A DNA stretch of 64,000 bases from Longimicrobiales bacterium (GTDB lineage Bacteria; Gemmatimonadota; Gemmatimonadetes; Longimicrobiales; Gaopeijiaceae), in assembly GCA_965116905.1 (NCBI GenBank), contig OZ220732.1, forward strand, positions 2,080,001 through 2,144,000, in the 5' to 3' direction. Both the position numbers and the translations under genes were made by a program. Of the stretch, positions 18,612 to 27,150 are shown one piece after another. The notes under the pieces are model-generated. The model had not been told where the DNA came from. It ran no database searches and saw only the letters and a list, made by a program, of their open reading frames with translations. Within the stretch, counting starts at the first letter, position 1; the number at the start of each line of letters is the position of its first letter.

Positions 18612-21600
18612 ATGACGAGCCGATCCGGCTGCCGGCGGCTCCTCCCGCCAACCGTCACCGCGCTCGCCGTTCTCTGTCTCCTTCCCGGACGGTCGCTGCA
18701 GGCGCAGACCACGCCCCCAAACGAGGATTGGCGCGAGTTCCCGACCGAGCATTTCGTGGTCACCTACCCGGCGCGGCTGGGCGCCATGGCCTCGCGGGCG
18801 GCAACCCACGCGGAACGCGCCTACGCACTGCTGGCCGACCGATTCGTGGACACCCCGGCCGTCCCGATCCAGCTGCTCCTGACGGATCACGCCGACATCG
18901 CCAACGGCTTCGCGTCTCCAAACCCGTACAACCGGATTACGATCTTCGCCCGCCCGCCCATGGATGGCGGCAGCATCTCCTACTTCGACGACTGGCTCGA
19001 ATTGGTCGTCACTCATGAACTCGTGCACACATTCCACCTGGACATGACGGGCGCGCTCGGCAACGTGGTCCGCAAGGTGTTCGGGCGGGTGCCCGCCGTC
19101 TGGCCGGTCTTCCCGTCGGGTGCGACGCCGACGTGGCTGACCGAGGGACTTGCCACTTACTTCGAGTCGCAGCTCACGGGTGCCGGACGGGTCAAGGGCA
19201 CCTGGCAGGAGATGGTGATGAGGGCTACCGCGCTCGAGGGGTCGCCGGGTACGCTCGACCGGGTGTCCGGACATTCGCCCGTGTGGCCCGCAGGCCACCG
19301 TCCGTACGTCTACGGCGCACGCTATCTGACACACATGGCCGAGGCCTACGGCGAGCAGTCCATGGGTGACTTCGCGCGTGCGGTGGCGGGACTGTGGGTT
19401 CCGTTCCGGCTCAATTCCGCCGCGCGTGACGCCTTCGGCACGACGATTTCCGACAGCTGGGAGGCGTGGACCGACTACACGACCGCAGCCTACGCCGCGG
19501 AGGCGGAGGCCCTTGCGGCATCGGCCCCGATTACCGAGGGCGAGACCGTGGATGGGGCGGGGCGGGTGGCCGAGCAGGCCATGGTGTCGCCCGACGGCTC
19601 ACGCCTTGCCTTCCTCCGCTCGGACGGTGTGGACGCGACCCAGATCCGCGTCGCGTCGCCCGACGGATCGAATGCCCTGCGGCTGACGCGCACCAACGGG
19701 GTGGGCGGCACCCTGTCCTGGATGCCCGACGGCGGCCTGCTCTTCAGCCAACTGGACTTCAACGACCCCTACCGGCTGACCAGCGATCTTTATCGCGCGG
19801 CGCCGGACGGCACGGTGGACCGCCTCACGCACGGCCGGCGCCTGACCTATGCGGACGTCGCGCCCGACGGTGAGCGGGCAGTGGCGGTACAGGAGGGCGG
19901 AGGCACCAACAGCCTGGTCATGGTCGACCTGGCCACCGGCGAAGTCACGCTTCTTGCGGATCCTCGTGCCGACCGTCACTGGGCCTTCCCGCGCTGGTCG
20001 CCGGCCGGCGACCGCATCGCGGCGGTGCGCTGGGTCGCGCCGGCGTTCATGGACATCGTCATCCTGGATGAGCACGGTGCCGTGACCGTCGAGGTGACCC
20101 GTGACCGCGCCATCGACACGACCCCCTTCTGGGCCCCCGACGGCCACACCGTCCTCTGGTCCTCCGACCGCACGGGCGTGCCGAATCTCTTCGCGGCTGT
20201 GCTGGAGGGGGACTCGCCCCCGACGATCCGACAGGTCACCAATATTCTGGGCGGCGCGACCCATCCGTCGGTGGACCCGGCGGCCCGCTGGATCCATTTC
20301 TCCTCGTATCACGCGGACGGCTGGCACATCGAGCGGATCCCCTACGCGCCCGGGGACTGGTTCGAGCCGCAGGCGGCCAGCCCGCGTTTTGCGGCGGAGC
20401 CGACCGGCGATGGTGCGCCGGCCCCCACGCGGTCCGATCCCACCGGCACCGACGCGTCGACACCGGCCCATGGGCTGGACGAGAGCACCGGCCGTCCCGC
20501 CGGGGAACGGGACTATCGGGCCGGTGCCACGCTGTTGCCGCGCTACTGGCTTCCCCTGTACACGCGTCCCGAGGAGGGGACGGACCAGAGCGGCATCCGG
20601 CGTGAGGTGTTCGACCAGGCGGTCGGCATGCGGCTGGCTGGCCGAGACCTGGTCGGCAGGCACGGCTATTCGGTTGCCGGGCGTGTCGGTCTGAACGACA
20701 GGCGGTTTGGCGGCAGGTTCTCGTACAACTACAACGGCCTCGGAAACCCGACGGTGGGCCTGTCCCTCTCGCAGAGCCACGACGCGTCCTCGCGAACGCT
20801 TTCCGTCCGGTTCCCCGATGACTCGACGCGCGAGTTCTTCCTGATCGAAAGGGAACGGCGGGCCTTCCTTTCCACCTCCCTCCTGCGGCGGCGCTACCGC
20901 ACGAGTACTGCGCTATATGTGAGGGGAGGCATCGTCCGCGAAGATCTGTCGCTGCAGGACCCCGACGGGAGCGAGGGGCCGACCCTGAGCAGTCCGGCGC
21001 CGCGCAGCAGCTACACGGAACTGAGCGCCACGCTCTCGGCAGCGAACACGCAGCGCCGCGCGATGTCGTTCTCGCGCGAAGACGGGCTGCGCGGCTTCGT
21101 CACCGCCAGGATGCGCCGGCAGCGGGGTGTGGAGGCGGGGGATCGCGGGGTCATCGGCGCGGACCGGAGCTACGGAGAGGTCAGCGGCGAGCTGTCCGCA
21201 TACAAGGCTCTGGGTCGGCTCGGGTTCGCCAATCACGTGCTCGGGCTGCGCTTCTCGGCCGGCGCGGCCGCCGGATCCGGGGCCAACCAGTTCCACTTCG
21301 ACGCCGGCGGGGCGGAGGGGACGGTGGAATCCGTGACCGGGCTGGGGCTCTTTGGCGGATCGCCGCGGCTCTTCCCCGTCCGGGGCTACCGCAGCAACTA
21401 CCGGTCCGGGAGGTTCGCCTGGACGGGCAGCGTCGAATACCGCTTTCCGCTTGCCGTGATCGATCGGGGACTGGGCGTGTTTCCGCTCTTCTTCGACCGC
21501 GTTCACGGTTCGGTCTTCGCCGACGCGGGGAACGCCTGGGGGCCGACGCTGGGACGGGCCAACTACGACAACCCCCGTCAGGCGATGCTGGCAAGCGTGG

Positions 21601-21728
21601 GTGCGGAATTGTCGGTGATCGCGGGGGCCCTGTACCTGTCGGGAACGACGATTCGGGCAGGCTTAGGAATGCCGCTCAGATTCGAAAGCGATCCGGTCTT
21701 CTATGTGCGCGTGGGGAATGCGTTTTAG
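18612..21728 (+). CDS. Omp85-family outer-membrane protein with N-terminal HExxH metallopeptidase and TolB/PD40 beta-propeller
   Basis: Signal peptide ..SLQA; HELVH..WLTEGLATY; SPDG/WMPDG/WSPAG/WAPDG repeats; VRGY, F.DAGNAW, terminal Phe. Alternative start at 18579. Confidence 0.8.
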   Translation: MTSRSGCRRLLPPTVTALAVLCLLPGRSLQAQTTPPNEDWREFPTEHFVVTYPARLGAMASRAATHAERAYALLADRFVDTPAVPIQLLLTDHADIANGFASPNPYNRITIFARPPMDGGSISYFDDWLELVVTHELVHTFHLDMTGALGNVVRKVFGRVPAVWPVFPSGATPTWLTEGLATYFESQLTGAGRVKGTWQEMVMRATALEGSPGTLDRVSGHSPVWPAGHRPYVYGARYLTHMAEAYGEQSMGDFARAVAGLWVPFRLNSAARDAFGTTISDSWEAWTDYTTAAYAAEAEALAASAPITEGETVDGAGRVAEQAMVSPDGSRLAFLRSDGVDATQIRVASPDGSNALRLTRTNGVGGTLSWMPDGGLLFSQLDFNDPYRLTSDLYRAAPDGTVDRLTHGRRLTYADVAPDGERAVAVQEGGGTNSLVMVDLATGEVTLLADPRADRHWAFPRWSPAGDRIAAVRWVAPAFMDIVILDEHGAVTVEVTRDRAIDTTPFWAPDGHTVLWSSDRTGVPNLFAAVLEGDSPPTIRQVTNILGGATHPSVDPAARWIHFSSYHADGWHIERIPYAPGDWFEPQAASPRFAAEPTGDGAPAPTRSDPTGTDASTPAHGLDESTGRPAGERDYRAGATLLPRYWLPLYTRPEEGTDQSGIRREVFDQAVGMRLAGRDLVGRHGYSVAGRVGLNDRRFGGRFSYNYNGLGNPTVGLSLSQSHDASSRTLSVRFPDDSTREFFLIERERRAFLSTSLLRRRYRTSTALYVRGGIVREDLSLQDPDGSEGPTLSSPAPRSSYTELSATLSAANTQRRAMSFSREDGLRGFVTARMRRQRGVEAGDRGVIGADRSYGEVSGELSAYKALGRLGFANHVLGLRFSAGAAAGSGANQFHFDAGGAEGTVESVTGLGLFGGSPRLFPVRGYRSNYRSGRFAWTGSVEYRFPLAVIDRGLGVFPLFFDRVHGSVFADAGNAWGPTLGRANYDNPRQAMLASVGAELSVIAGALYLSGTTIRAGLGMPLRFESDPVFYVRVGNAF

Positions 21729-21801
21729 GGGCCTGTGGACAGAATCCCCCGGCTCCGGTGCCCGTGCGCCGGCGATTCCTGTTCCGATGGGCACACGACC
21801 C

Positions 21802-21830
21802 TTGACCACAAGGGGTTGGGGTATTAAGTT
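21802..21830 (+). promoter_or_regulatory. Sigma70-type promoter of nrdJ
   Basis: TTGACC-N17-TAAGTT. Confidence 0.7.
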
Positions 21831-21853
21831 ACAAGCCCCACAACATCTGGTGC
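21806..21853. promoter_or_regulatory. Tandem NrdR boxes
   Basis: CCACAAGGGGTTGGGG (21806-21821, degenerate) and CCACAACATCTGGTGC (21838-21853), 32 bp apart, upstream of an RNR gene. Confidence 0.8.
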
Positions 21854-21880
21854 ATGTTCCCCGACTGGTGCATGTTCCCC
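21847..21880. repeat. 16-nt direct repeat
   Basis: CTGGTGCATGTTCCCC at 21847 and 21865. Confidence 0.85.
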
Positions 21881-21923
21881 ACCCGTGTCCGCCCGACACT
21901 CCCAGAAAAGGATTGGCGCCCCG

Positions 21924-24455
21924 ATGACTCCGCCATCTCCGGCCCCGCGTCTGTTCGACGATCAGGTTCCCGATGACCTCGCCGCCGCCGGTCTTTCCGA
22001 GAATGCCCGCATCGTCCTTGCGCGCCGGTATCTGAAGAAGGACGAGGCCGGCGATCCCACGGAAGAACCGGAGACCATGTTCTGGCGCATCGCCCGGGTC
22101 ATTGCGGAGGAGGACAGGAAACACGGGGTCTCCGATGCCGCGGTGGAGGAGGTCGCGCGCAGCTTCTACGAGTTGATGACGAGCGGCAAGTTCGAGCCCA
22201 ATTCGCCGACGCTCATGAACGCGGGACGTCCGCTGGGCCAGCTTTCCGCGTGCTTCGTGCTCCCGGTCGAGGACGCCCTGTCGAACGATCGCAGCGGGAT
22301 CTATGACACCCTGCGCGCGATGGCGCTGGTGCACCAGTCCGGTGGCGGTACCGGCTTCTCCTTCTCGCGGCTGCGTCCGGAGGGCGACACCGTGCGTTCC
22401 ACGATGGGGGTGGCGTCGGGTCCGGTATCCTTCATGCGCCTGTACGACGCCTCGACCGAGGTCGTGAAACAGGGCGGCACCCGCCGTGGGGCGAACATGG
22501 GGATCCTCCGGGTGGACCATCCGGATATCCGCGAATTCATCCGCTGCAAGAACGACACCTCGCAGATCACCAACTTCAACATCTCGGTTGCGATCACCGA
22601 CGCCTTCATGCAGGCGGTCGTCGACGATGGGGAATACGACCTCGTGAGTCCCCGGTCCGGCGAGGTCGCCGGGCGCGAGAAGGCCCGCGAAGTCTTCGAC
22701 ATGATCGTCGAGGGCGCGTGGAAGACCGGCGAGCCGGGCGTCTTCTTCATCGACCGCGCCAACGAACACAACCCCGTGCCGAGGCTGGGCTGCTACGAGG
22801 CCACCAACCCGTGCGGCGAACAGCCGCTCCTGCCGTACGACGTCTGCAATCTGGGCAGCATCAACGTCGGCTGCTTCGCCCGCGAGGGGAGTTTCGAAAG
22901 CCCCGAGGACGGCATCGATTGGGACGCGTTTCGCCGGGTGGTGCACCTGTCCGTCCATTTCCTCGACAACGTGATCGACGCGAATCGCTACCCGCTCGAC
23001 GACATTACCGATCTCGCGCAGCAGATCCGCCGCGTCGGCCTGGGCATCATGGGCTGGGCCGACCTGCTCGTGCGCCTGGGCATCAGGTACGACTCGGACG
23101 AGGGCGTCGCGCTGGCACGCACCGTCATGGCCTTCATCGAGGAGGAATCGAGGGTCGCGTCGGAGCGCCTCGCCGAGACCCGCGGCGTGTTTCCGGCCTG
23201 GGAGGATTCGATCTGGGGACCGGACAAGACGTGCGCGCGCGACGCCGCCGGCAATCGCGTCCGCGCGCACAGGAGGCTGCGGAACTGCAACCTGACGACG
23301 GTGGCCCCCACCGGGACCATATCGATTATCGCGGGGTGCAGCGGAGGCATCGAACCCCTGTTTGCCGTGGCCTTCATGCGCAACCAGGCGGGGGTGATGA
23401 TGCCCGACGTCAACGAGGACTTCGTCGCGCGCGCCAGGGCGGAGGGCTGGTACACGCCCGAACTCATGGAACGGATCGCCGAGCAGGGCCACATTCACTT
23501 CGACGAGGTCCCGGAGGAGGTGCAGCAGGTCTTCCGTACCGCCCACGACATTACGCCCGAGTGGCATGTGCGCATGCAGGCGGCGTTCCAGGCCCACGTG
23601 GATTCGGCCATCTCCAAGACGACGAACTTCGCCTTCGAGGCTACGCGGGACGATGTCCGCAAGATCTACGAGATGGCCTTCGAAATGGGGTGCAAGGGCG
23701 TGACCGTGTACCGTGACGGCTCCCGCCCGATGCAGGTCCTGTCCACCGGCAAGACCGGGCAGGAAGACGGTGTCGAAGGCGTCGCCGCGGCCGACATGGA
23801 GGCGCTGCAGGGCCAGCTGGCGGATTCGAGGGCGAAGGCGCACGACCTCGAGGGCGAACTGGACAGGCTCCGCCTGGAGTTGGAGGAGCACGACCGGAAC
23901 GCCGCGGCTTCGCGCCACAAGCGGAAGCGGCCGTCGATGCTGACCGGACGCACGATGAAGATGGATTCTCCGCTGGGCGACCTCTACGTCACCGTCAACG
24001 AGGACGACAACGGGAAGCCGTTCGAAGTCTTCTGCACGCTGGGCAAGGCCGGCGGTGCGGCGATGGCGGACTCCGAGGCGATCGGCCGACTGATATCGCT
24101 TTCACTGCGGTCCGGAATACCGCTGACGGCAGTCCGTGACCAGTTGCGGGGGATTTCCTGCGACCGTGCGGTGGGCGTCGGTCCCCAGAAGGTGCTTTCG
24201 TCTCCCGACGCGATTGCCCAGGCCCTGGAGCGGTACATGTCCGAGAAGCAGGGCGTGCAGGCGGAGTTGGCCATGGACGTGCCGGTCACGACCGCGGCGG
24301 GGACGGGCGGGGCGGCAACGCAGCCGGACCACAGTCCGTTCGTGGACCACACCGCGACCACGCTGGGGGCGTGCCCGGAGTGCGGGGCGGGTCAGCTTGC
24401 GTTCGAAGAGGGGTGCAAGCGCTGCTACGTGTGCGGCTTCTCGGAGTGCGGATAG
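21924..24455 (+). CDS. nrdJ: Class II (adenosylcobalamin-dependent) ribonucleotide reductase with TSCPD domain and Zn ribbon
   Basis: PNSPTLMNAG, SACF, TNPCGEQPL, APTGTIS, SKTTN, KGVTVYRDGSR; C-terminal SCPD-like SSPD and CPEC..EEGC..CYVCG. Confidence 0.93.
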   Translation: MTPPSPAPRLFDDQVPDDLAAAGLSENARIVLARRYLKKDEAGDPTEEPETMFWRIARVIAEEDRKHGVSDAAVEEVARSFYELMTSGKFEPNSPTLMNAGRPLGQLSACFVLPVEDALSNDRSGIYDTLRAMALVHQSGGGTGFSFSRLRPEGDTVRSTMGVASGPVSFMRLYDASTEVVKQGGTRRGANMGILRVDHPDIREFIRCKNDTSQITNFNISVAITDAFMQAVVDDGEYDLVSPRSGEVAGREKAREVFDMIVEGAWKTGEPGVFFIDRANEHNPVPRLGCYEATNPCGEQPLLPYDVCNLGSINVGCFAREGSFESPEDGIDWDAFRRVVHLSVHFLDNVIDANRYPLDDITDLAQQIRRVGLGIMGWADLLVRLGIRYDSDEGVALARTVMAFIEEESRVASERLAETRGVFPAWEDSIWGPDKTCARDAAGNRVRAHRRLRNCNLTTVAPTGTISIIAGCSGGIEPLFAVAFMRNQAGVMMPDVNEDFVARARAEGWYTPELMERIAEQGHIHFDEVPEEVQQVFRTAHDITPEWHVRMQAAFQAHVDSAISKTTNFAFEATRDDVRKIYEMAFEMGCKGVTVYRDGSRPMQVLSTGKTGQEDGVEGVAAADMEALQGQLADSRAKAHDLEGELDRLRLELEEHDRNAAASRHKRKRPSMLTGRTMKMDSPLGDLYVTVNEDDNGKPFEVFCTLGKAGGAAMADSEAIGRLISLSLRSGIPLTAVRDQLRGISCDRAVGVGPQKVLSSPDAIAQALERYMSEKQGVQAELAMDVPVTTAAGTGGAATQPDHSPFVDHTATTLGACPECGAGQLAFEEGCKRCYVCGFSECG

Positions 24456-24468
24456 CCGCCTCTTTGCC

Positions 24469-25914
24469 TCAGGATCCTCCCGCGGGGTTCCGGTAGTCGA
24501 GCGGCGGATCCCTGTCCCCCACGAGCGACACGTAGCGGAAGTCGGGCCCCACCCGTTCCCGGTATTCGGCCTTCGCCGCCTCGAGCAGTTCAGCGTCCGT
24601 AAACAGGTCCACCGCAGTCATTGCGAGCGTCTTGGCCGCGACGATCATCCCCTTGTTCCCGATCGAGGTGCCGCCCGCCGCGATAGCCTGCCAGGAGTGC
24701 GCGGGCGTGCCGGGCACCCAGGTCGCCGCGCCGATTCCCACCGTGGGCACGACCCAGCTCACGTCGGCCACGTCGGTCGAGCCGCCGCCCTGGCGCGGCG
24801 CGTAGGGCAGCACCCCGGCGGCGCTCTCGATCGGCGGCCGATTGTTCAGGGTCGCCTGGATCTGTTCCGCGAACGCGCGCTCGTCGTCGTCGTACGTCAC
24901 CCCGCCCACCTTTTCCAGGTTGGCCTGAGCCCGGCGCTGCAGGGCGTCGTTGACGAGCATCGCGTACAGGCCGTGGATCACCTCGAACTCCATCTCGGTG
25001 CCGGTCCCCAGGGCCGCACCCTCGGCCGCCAGCACCACCCGGTCGAAGATCGAGCGCGCCGCCTCGACATCCGGGTTCCGCACGTAGTAGTAGACCTCGG
25101 CGAAGTTGGGGACGACGTTCGGCGCCGATCCGCCGGCGGTGATCACGTAGTGGATGCGTGTCTCCTGCGGGACGTGCTCGCGCATCAGGTTGACCATGTG
25201 GTTCATCGCCTCCACCCCGTCCAGCGCCGAGCGGCCCTGCTCGGGAGCGCCCGCCGCGTGCGCGGAGATGCCCCGGAAGCGGAACTTGGCCGACTTGTTG
25301 GCCAGCGACGTGGATGGACTGGCGTCGTTCGCGCTGGACGGGTGCCAGTGCAGCACCGCGTCCACGTCGGCGAAGAGGCCGCCCCGCACCATGTAGACCT
25401 TGCCCGCGCCGCCCTCCTCGGCGGGCGTGCCGTAGAGCCGGATCGTGCCCGGCGTCCCGGATGAGGCCAGCCAATCCTTGACCGCGAGCGCGGCCGCCAC
25501 CGACCCGGCGCCGAAGAGGTGGTGCCCGCACGCGTGCCCGGCCCGCATCGAGAAGACCGGATCGGGGTAGGGGCTGCGCGACTGCGTGATCCCGGGCAGC
25601 GCGTCGAACTCGGCCAGAACCCCGATCACCGGCGTCCCTTCGCCCCAGCTCGCCACGAACCCGGTCGGCATGCCCGCGACTCCGGCCTCGATCTCGAATC
25701 CGGCACGGGCGAGTTGCTCCTGCAGCAGCGCCGAGCTTTCGGTCTCCTGGTAGCCGACCTCCGCGAGGTCCCAGATCTGTTGGGCGACCGTGCCGTAGGT
25801 GTCCGAGTGGGCTTCCACATGGGCGATCACGGATTCGTGGCCGGTCTGGCCCGCCACGGAAACGGGGAGTGCAACGACGGTCGACAGCAGGGCGGTCGTG
25901 AAACGCGTGCTCAT
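24469..25914 (-). CDS. M20 amidohydrolase, AbgB-like, with signal peptide
   Basis: EFDALPG, GHACGH, GTPAEEG, AHAA..GRSALD, GSTDV; N-terminal hydrophobic segment ending VAGQ. Confidence 0.88.
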   Translation of the reverse strand: MSTRFTTALLSTVVALPVSVAGQTGHESVIAHVEAHSDTYGTVAQQIWDLAEVGYQETESSALLQEQLARAGFEIEAGVAGMPTGFVASWGEGTPVIGVLAEFDALPGITQSRSPYPDPVFSMRAGHACGHHLFGAGSVAAALAVKDWLASSGTPGTIRLYGTPAEEGGAGKVYMVRGGLFADVDAVLHWHPSSANDASPSTSLANKSAKFRFRGISAHAAGAPEQGRSALDGVEAMNHMVNLMREHVPQETRIHYVITAGGSAPNVVPNFAEVYYYVRNPDVEAARSIFDRVVLAAEGAALGTGTEMEFEVIHGLYAMLVNDALQRRAQANLEKVGGVTYDDDERAFAEQIQATLNNRPPIESAAGVLPYAPRQGGGSTDVADVSWVVPTVGIGAATWVPGTPAHSWQAIAAGGTSIGNKGMIVAAKTLAMTAVDLFTDAELLEAAKAEYRERVGPDFRYVSLVGDRDPPLDYRNPAGGS

Positions 25915-25945
25915 GGGTGCCTCGGGTCGTGGGTGGGGACTATGC

Positions 25946-25984
25946 CTGGAATGGAACACTGGAATGGAACACTGGATTGGAACA
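25946..25984. repeat. Three 13-nt tandem direct repeats
   Basis: CTGGAATGGAACA twice, then CTGGATTGGAACA. Confidence 0.9.
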
Positions 25985-26137
25985 TAAGCCGCACGGCGCC
26001 TCGCCGCTCTCGGTGCTCGGGCGGCCTGGCCCACGGACTGCCTGGCGTCGATTCCGCCCTGCTAGGGTGTACACGGCGTCGCGGAATCACGATTATCCCG
26101 TGCGCCACCACGAAACGAGACCACCACGGGAGAACGC

Positions 26138-27100
26138 ATGCCCCGCAGAGACCGTGTCCGCGTCGCCGCCGTCCAGCCGCGCGGCTACCCCTTCGATACG
26201 GCCGCCGCGGTCGAGCACATCTGCGCGGCTACCGCCGAAGCGGCGGCGAACGGAGCGGAGCTGGTGCTGTTCCCCGAGGCGTTTGTCGGCGGCTATCCCT
26301 GGGGCCTCGCTTTCGGGACATCGGTCGGAGGCCGCAAGCCGGCCGGCCGGCGAACGTTCGGGCGCTACCACGATGCCGCCATCACGGTCCCCGGTCCCGA
26401 GACGAGGAGGATGGGCCGTGCCGCGAAGGAGGCGGGCGTCTATCTGGCCGTGGGCGTGATCGAGAAGGGCGCCCGTCATTCGCCCGACACGCTCTTCTGC
26501 ACCCTCGTCTACCTCGCGCCCGACGGAACCGTCGCCGGCCTTCACCGCAAGCTGAAGCCCACGGCCGCCGAGCGCCTGATATGGGGCGAAGGCGATGGGA
26601 GCACGCTGCCCGTTCTCGAAACGCCCTTCGCGCGGGTCGGCGGGCTGATCTGCTGGGAGAACTACATGCCGCTGGCGCGCATGGCCATGTACGGCAAGGG
26701 CGTGGAGATCTACCTGGCGCCCACGGCGGATTCACGAGGCCGCTGGCAGGCCACGCTGCGCCACATCGCGCTGGAGGGCCGCTGCTTCGTGATCGGATGC
26801 AACCAGTTCGTCACCAAGGACCACTATCCGCCCGACATCGAGATCCTTGCCGAGCATGACGACTGGCCTGACACGCTTTCGCGGGGCGGGACCGCCATCT
26901 ACGGCCCGCTGGGCGAACGTATCGCCGGTCCCCTGCATGGGGAGCCGGGCGTGCTCTACGCCGAACTCGACCTGAGCGACATCGTGCGCGGCAAGTTCGA
27001 CTTCGATGTCGTGGGCCACTACGCGCGGCCGGACGTCTTCGACTTCCGTGTTCGCGAGAATCCCCTGACGGCAGTGGGCATCTCGCCCCGGAATCGTTAG
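26138..27100 (+). CDS. Nitrilase (carbon-nitrogen hydrolase branch 1)
   Basis: E-K-C triad FPEA, HRKL.PT..ER, ICWEN; GHYARPDVF. Confidence 0.92.
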   Translation: MPRRDRVRVAAVQPRGYPFDTAAAVEHICAATAEAAANGAELVLFPEAFVGGYPWGLAFGTSVGGRKPAGRRTFGRYHDAAITVPGPETRRMGRAAKEAGVYLAVGVIEKGARHSPDTLFCTLVYLAPDGTVAGLHRKLKPTAAERLIWGEGDGSTLPVLETPFARVGGLICWENYMPLARMAMYGKGVEIYLAPTADSRGRWQATLRHIALEGRCFVIGCNQFVTKDHYPPDIEILAEHDDWPDTLSRGGTAIYGPLGERIAGPLHGEPGVLYAELDLSDIVRGKFDFDVVGHYARPDVFDFRVRENPLTAVGISPRNR

Positions 27101-27132
27101 AATAAATATTCTACCAAAACGAAATATCTTTC
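27098..27132. promoter_or_regulatory. AT-rich palindromic operator candidate(s)
   Basis: TAGAATA-AA-TATTCTA (27098-27113) and GAAA-TATC-TTTC (27121-27132) in an otherwise high-GC background. Confidence 0.65.
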
Positions 27133-27150
27133 ATACCAAGGATGCTGGAC

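Noticed and set aside
21734..21742. DnaA box-like TGTGGACAG
   Set aside because: Single imperfect 9-mer, expected by chance
21729..21923. Cobalamin riboswitch upstream of nrdJ
   Set aside because: No B12-box or conserved core seen, and the leader after the promoter is short
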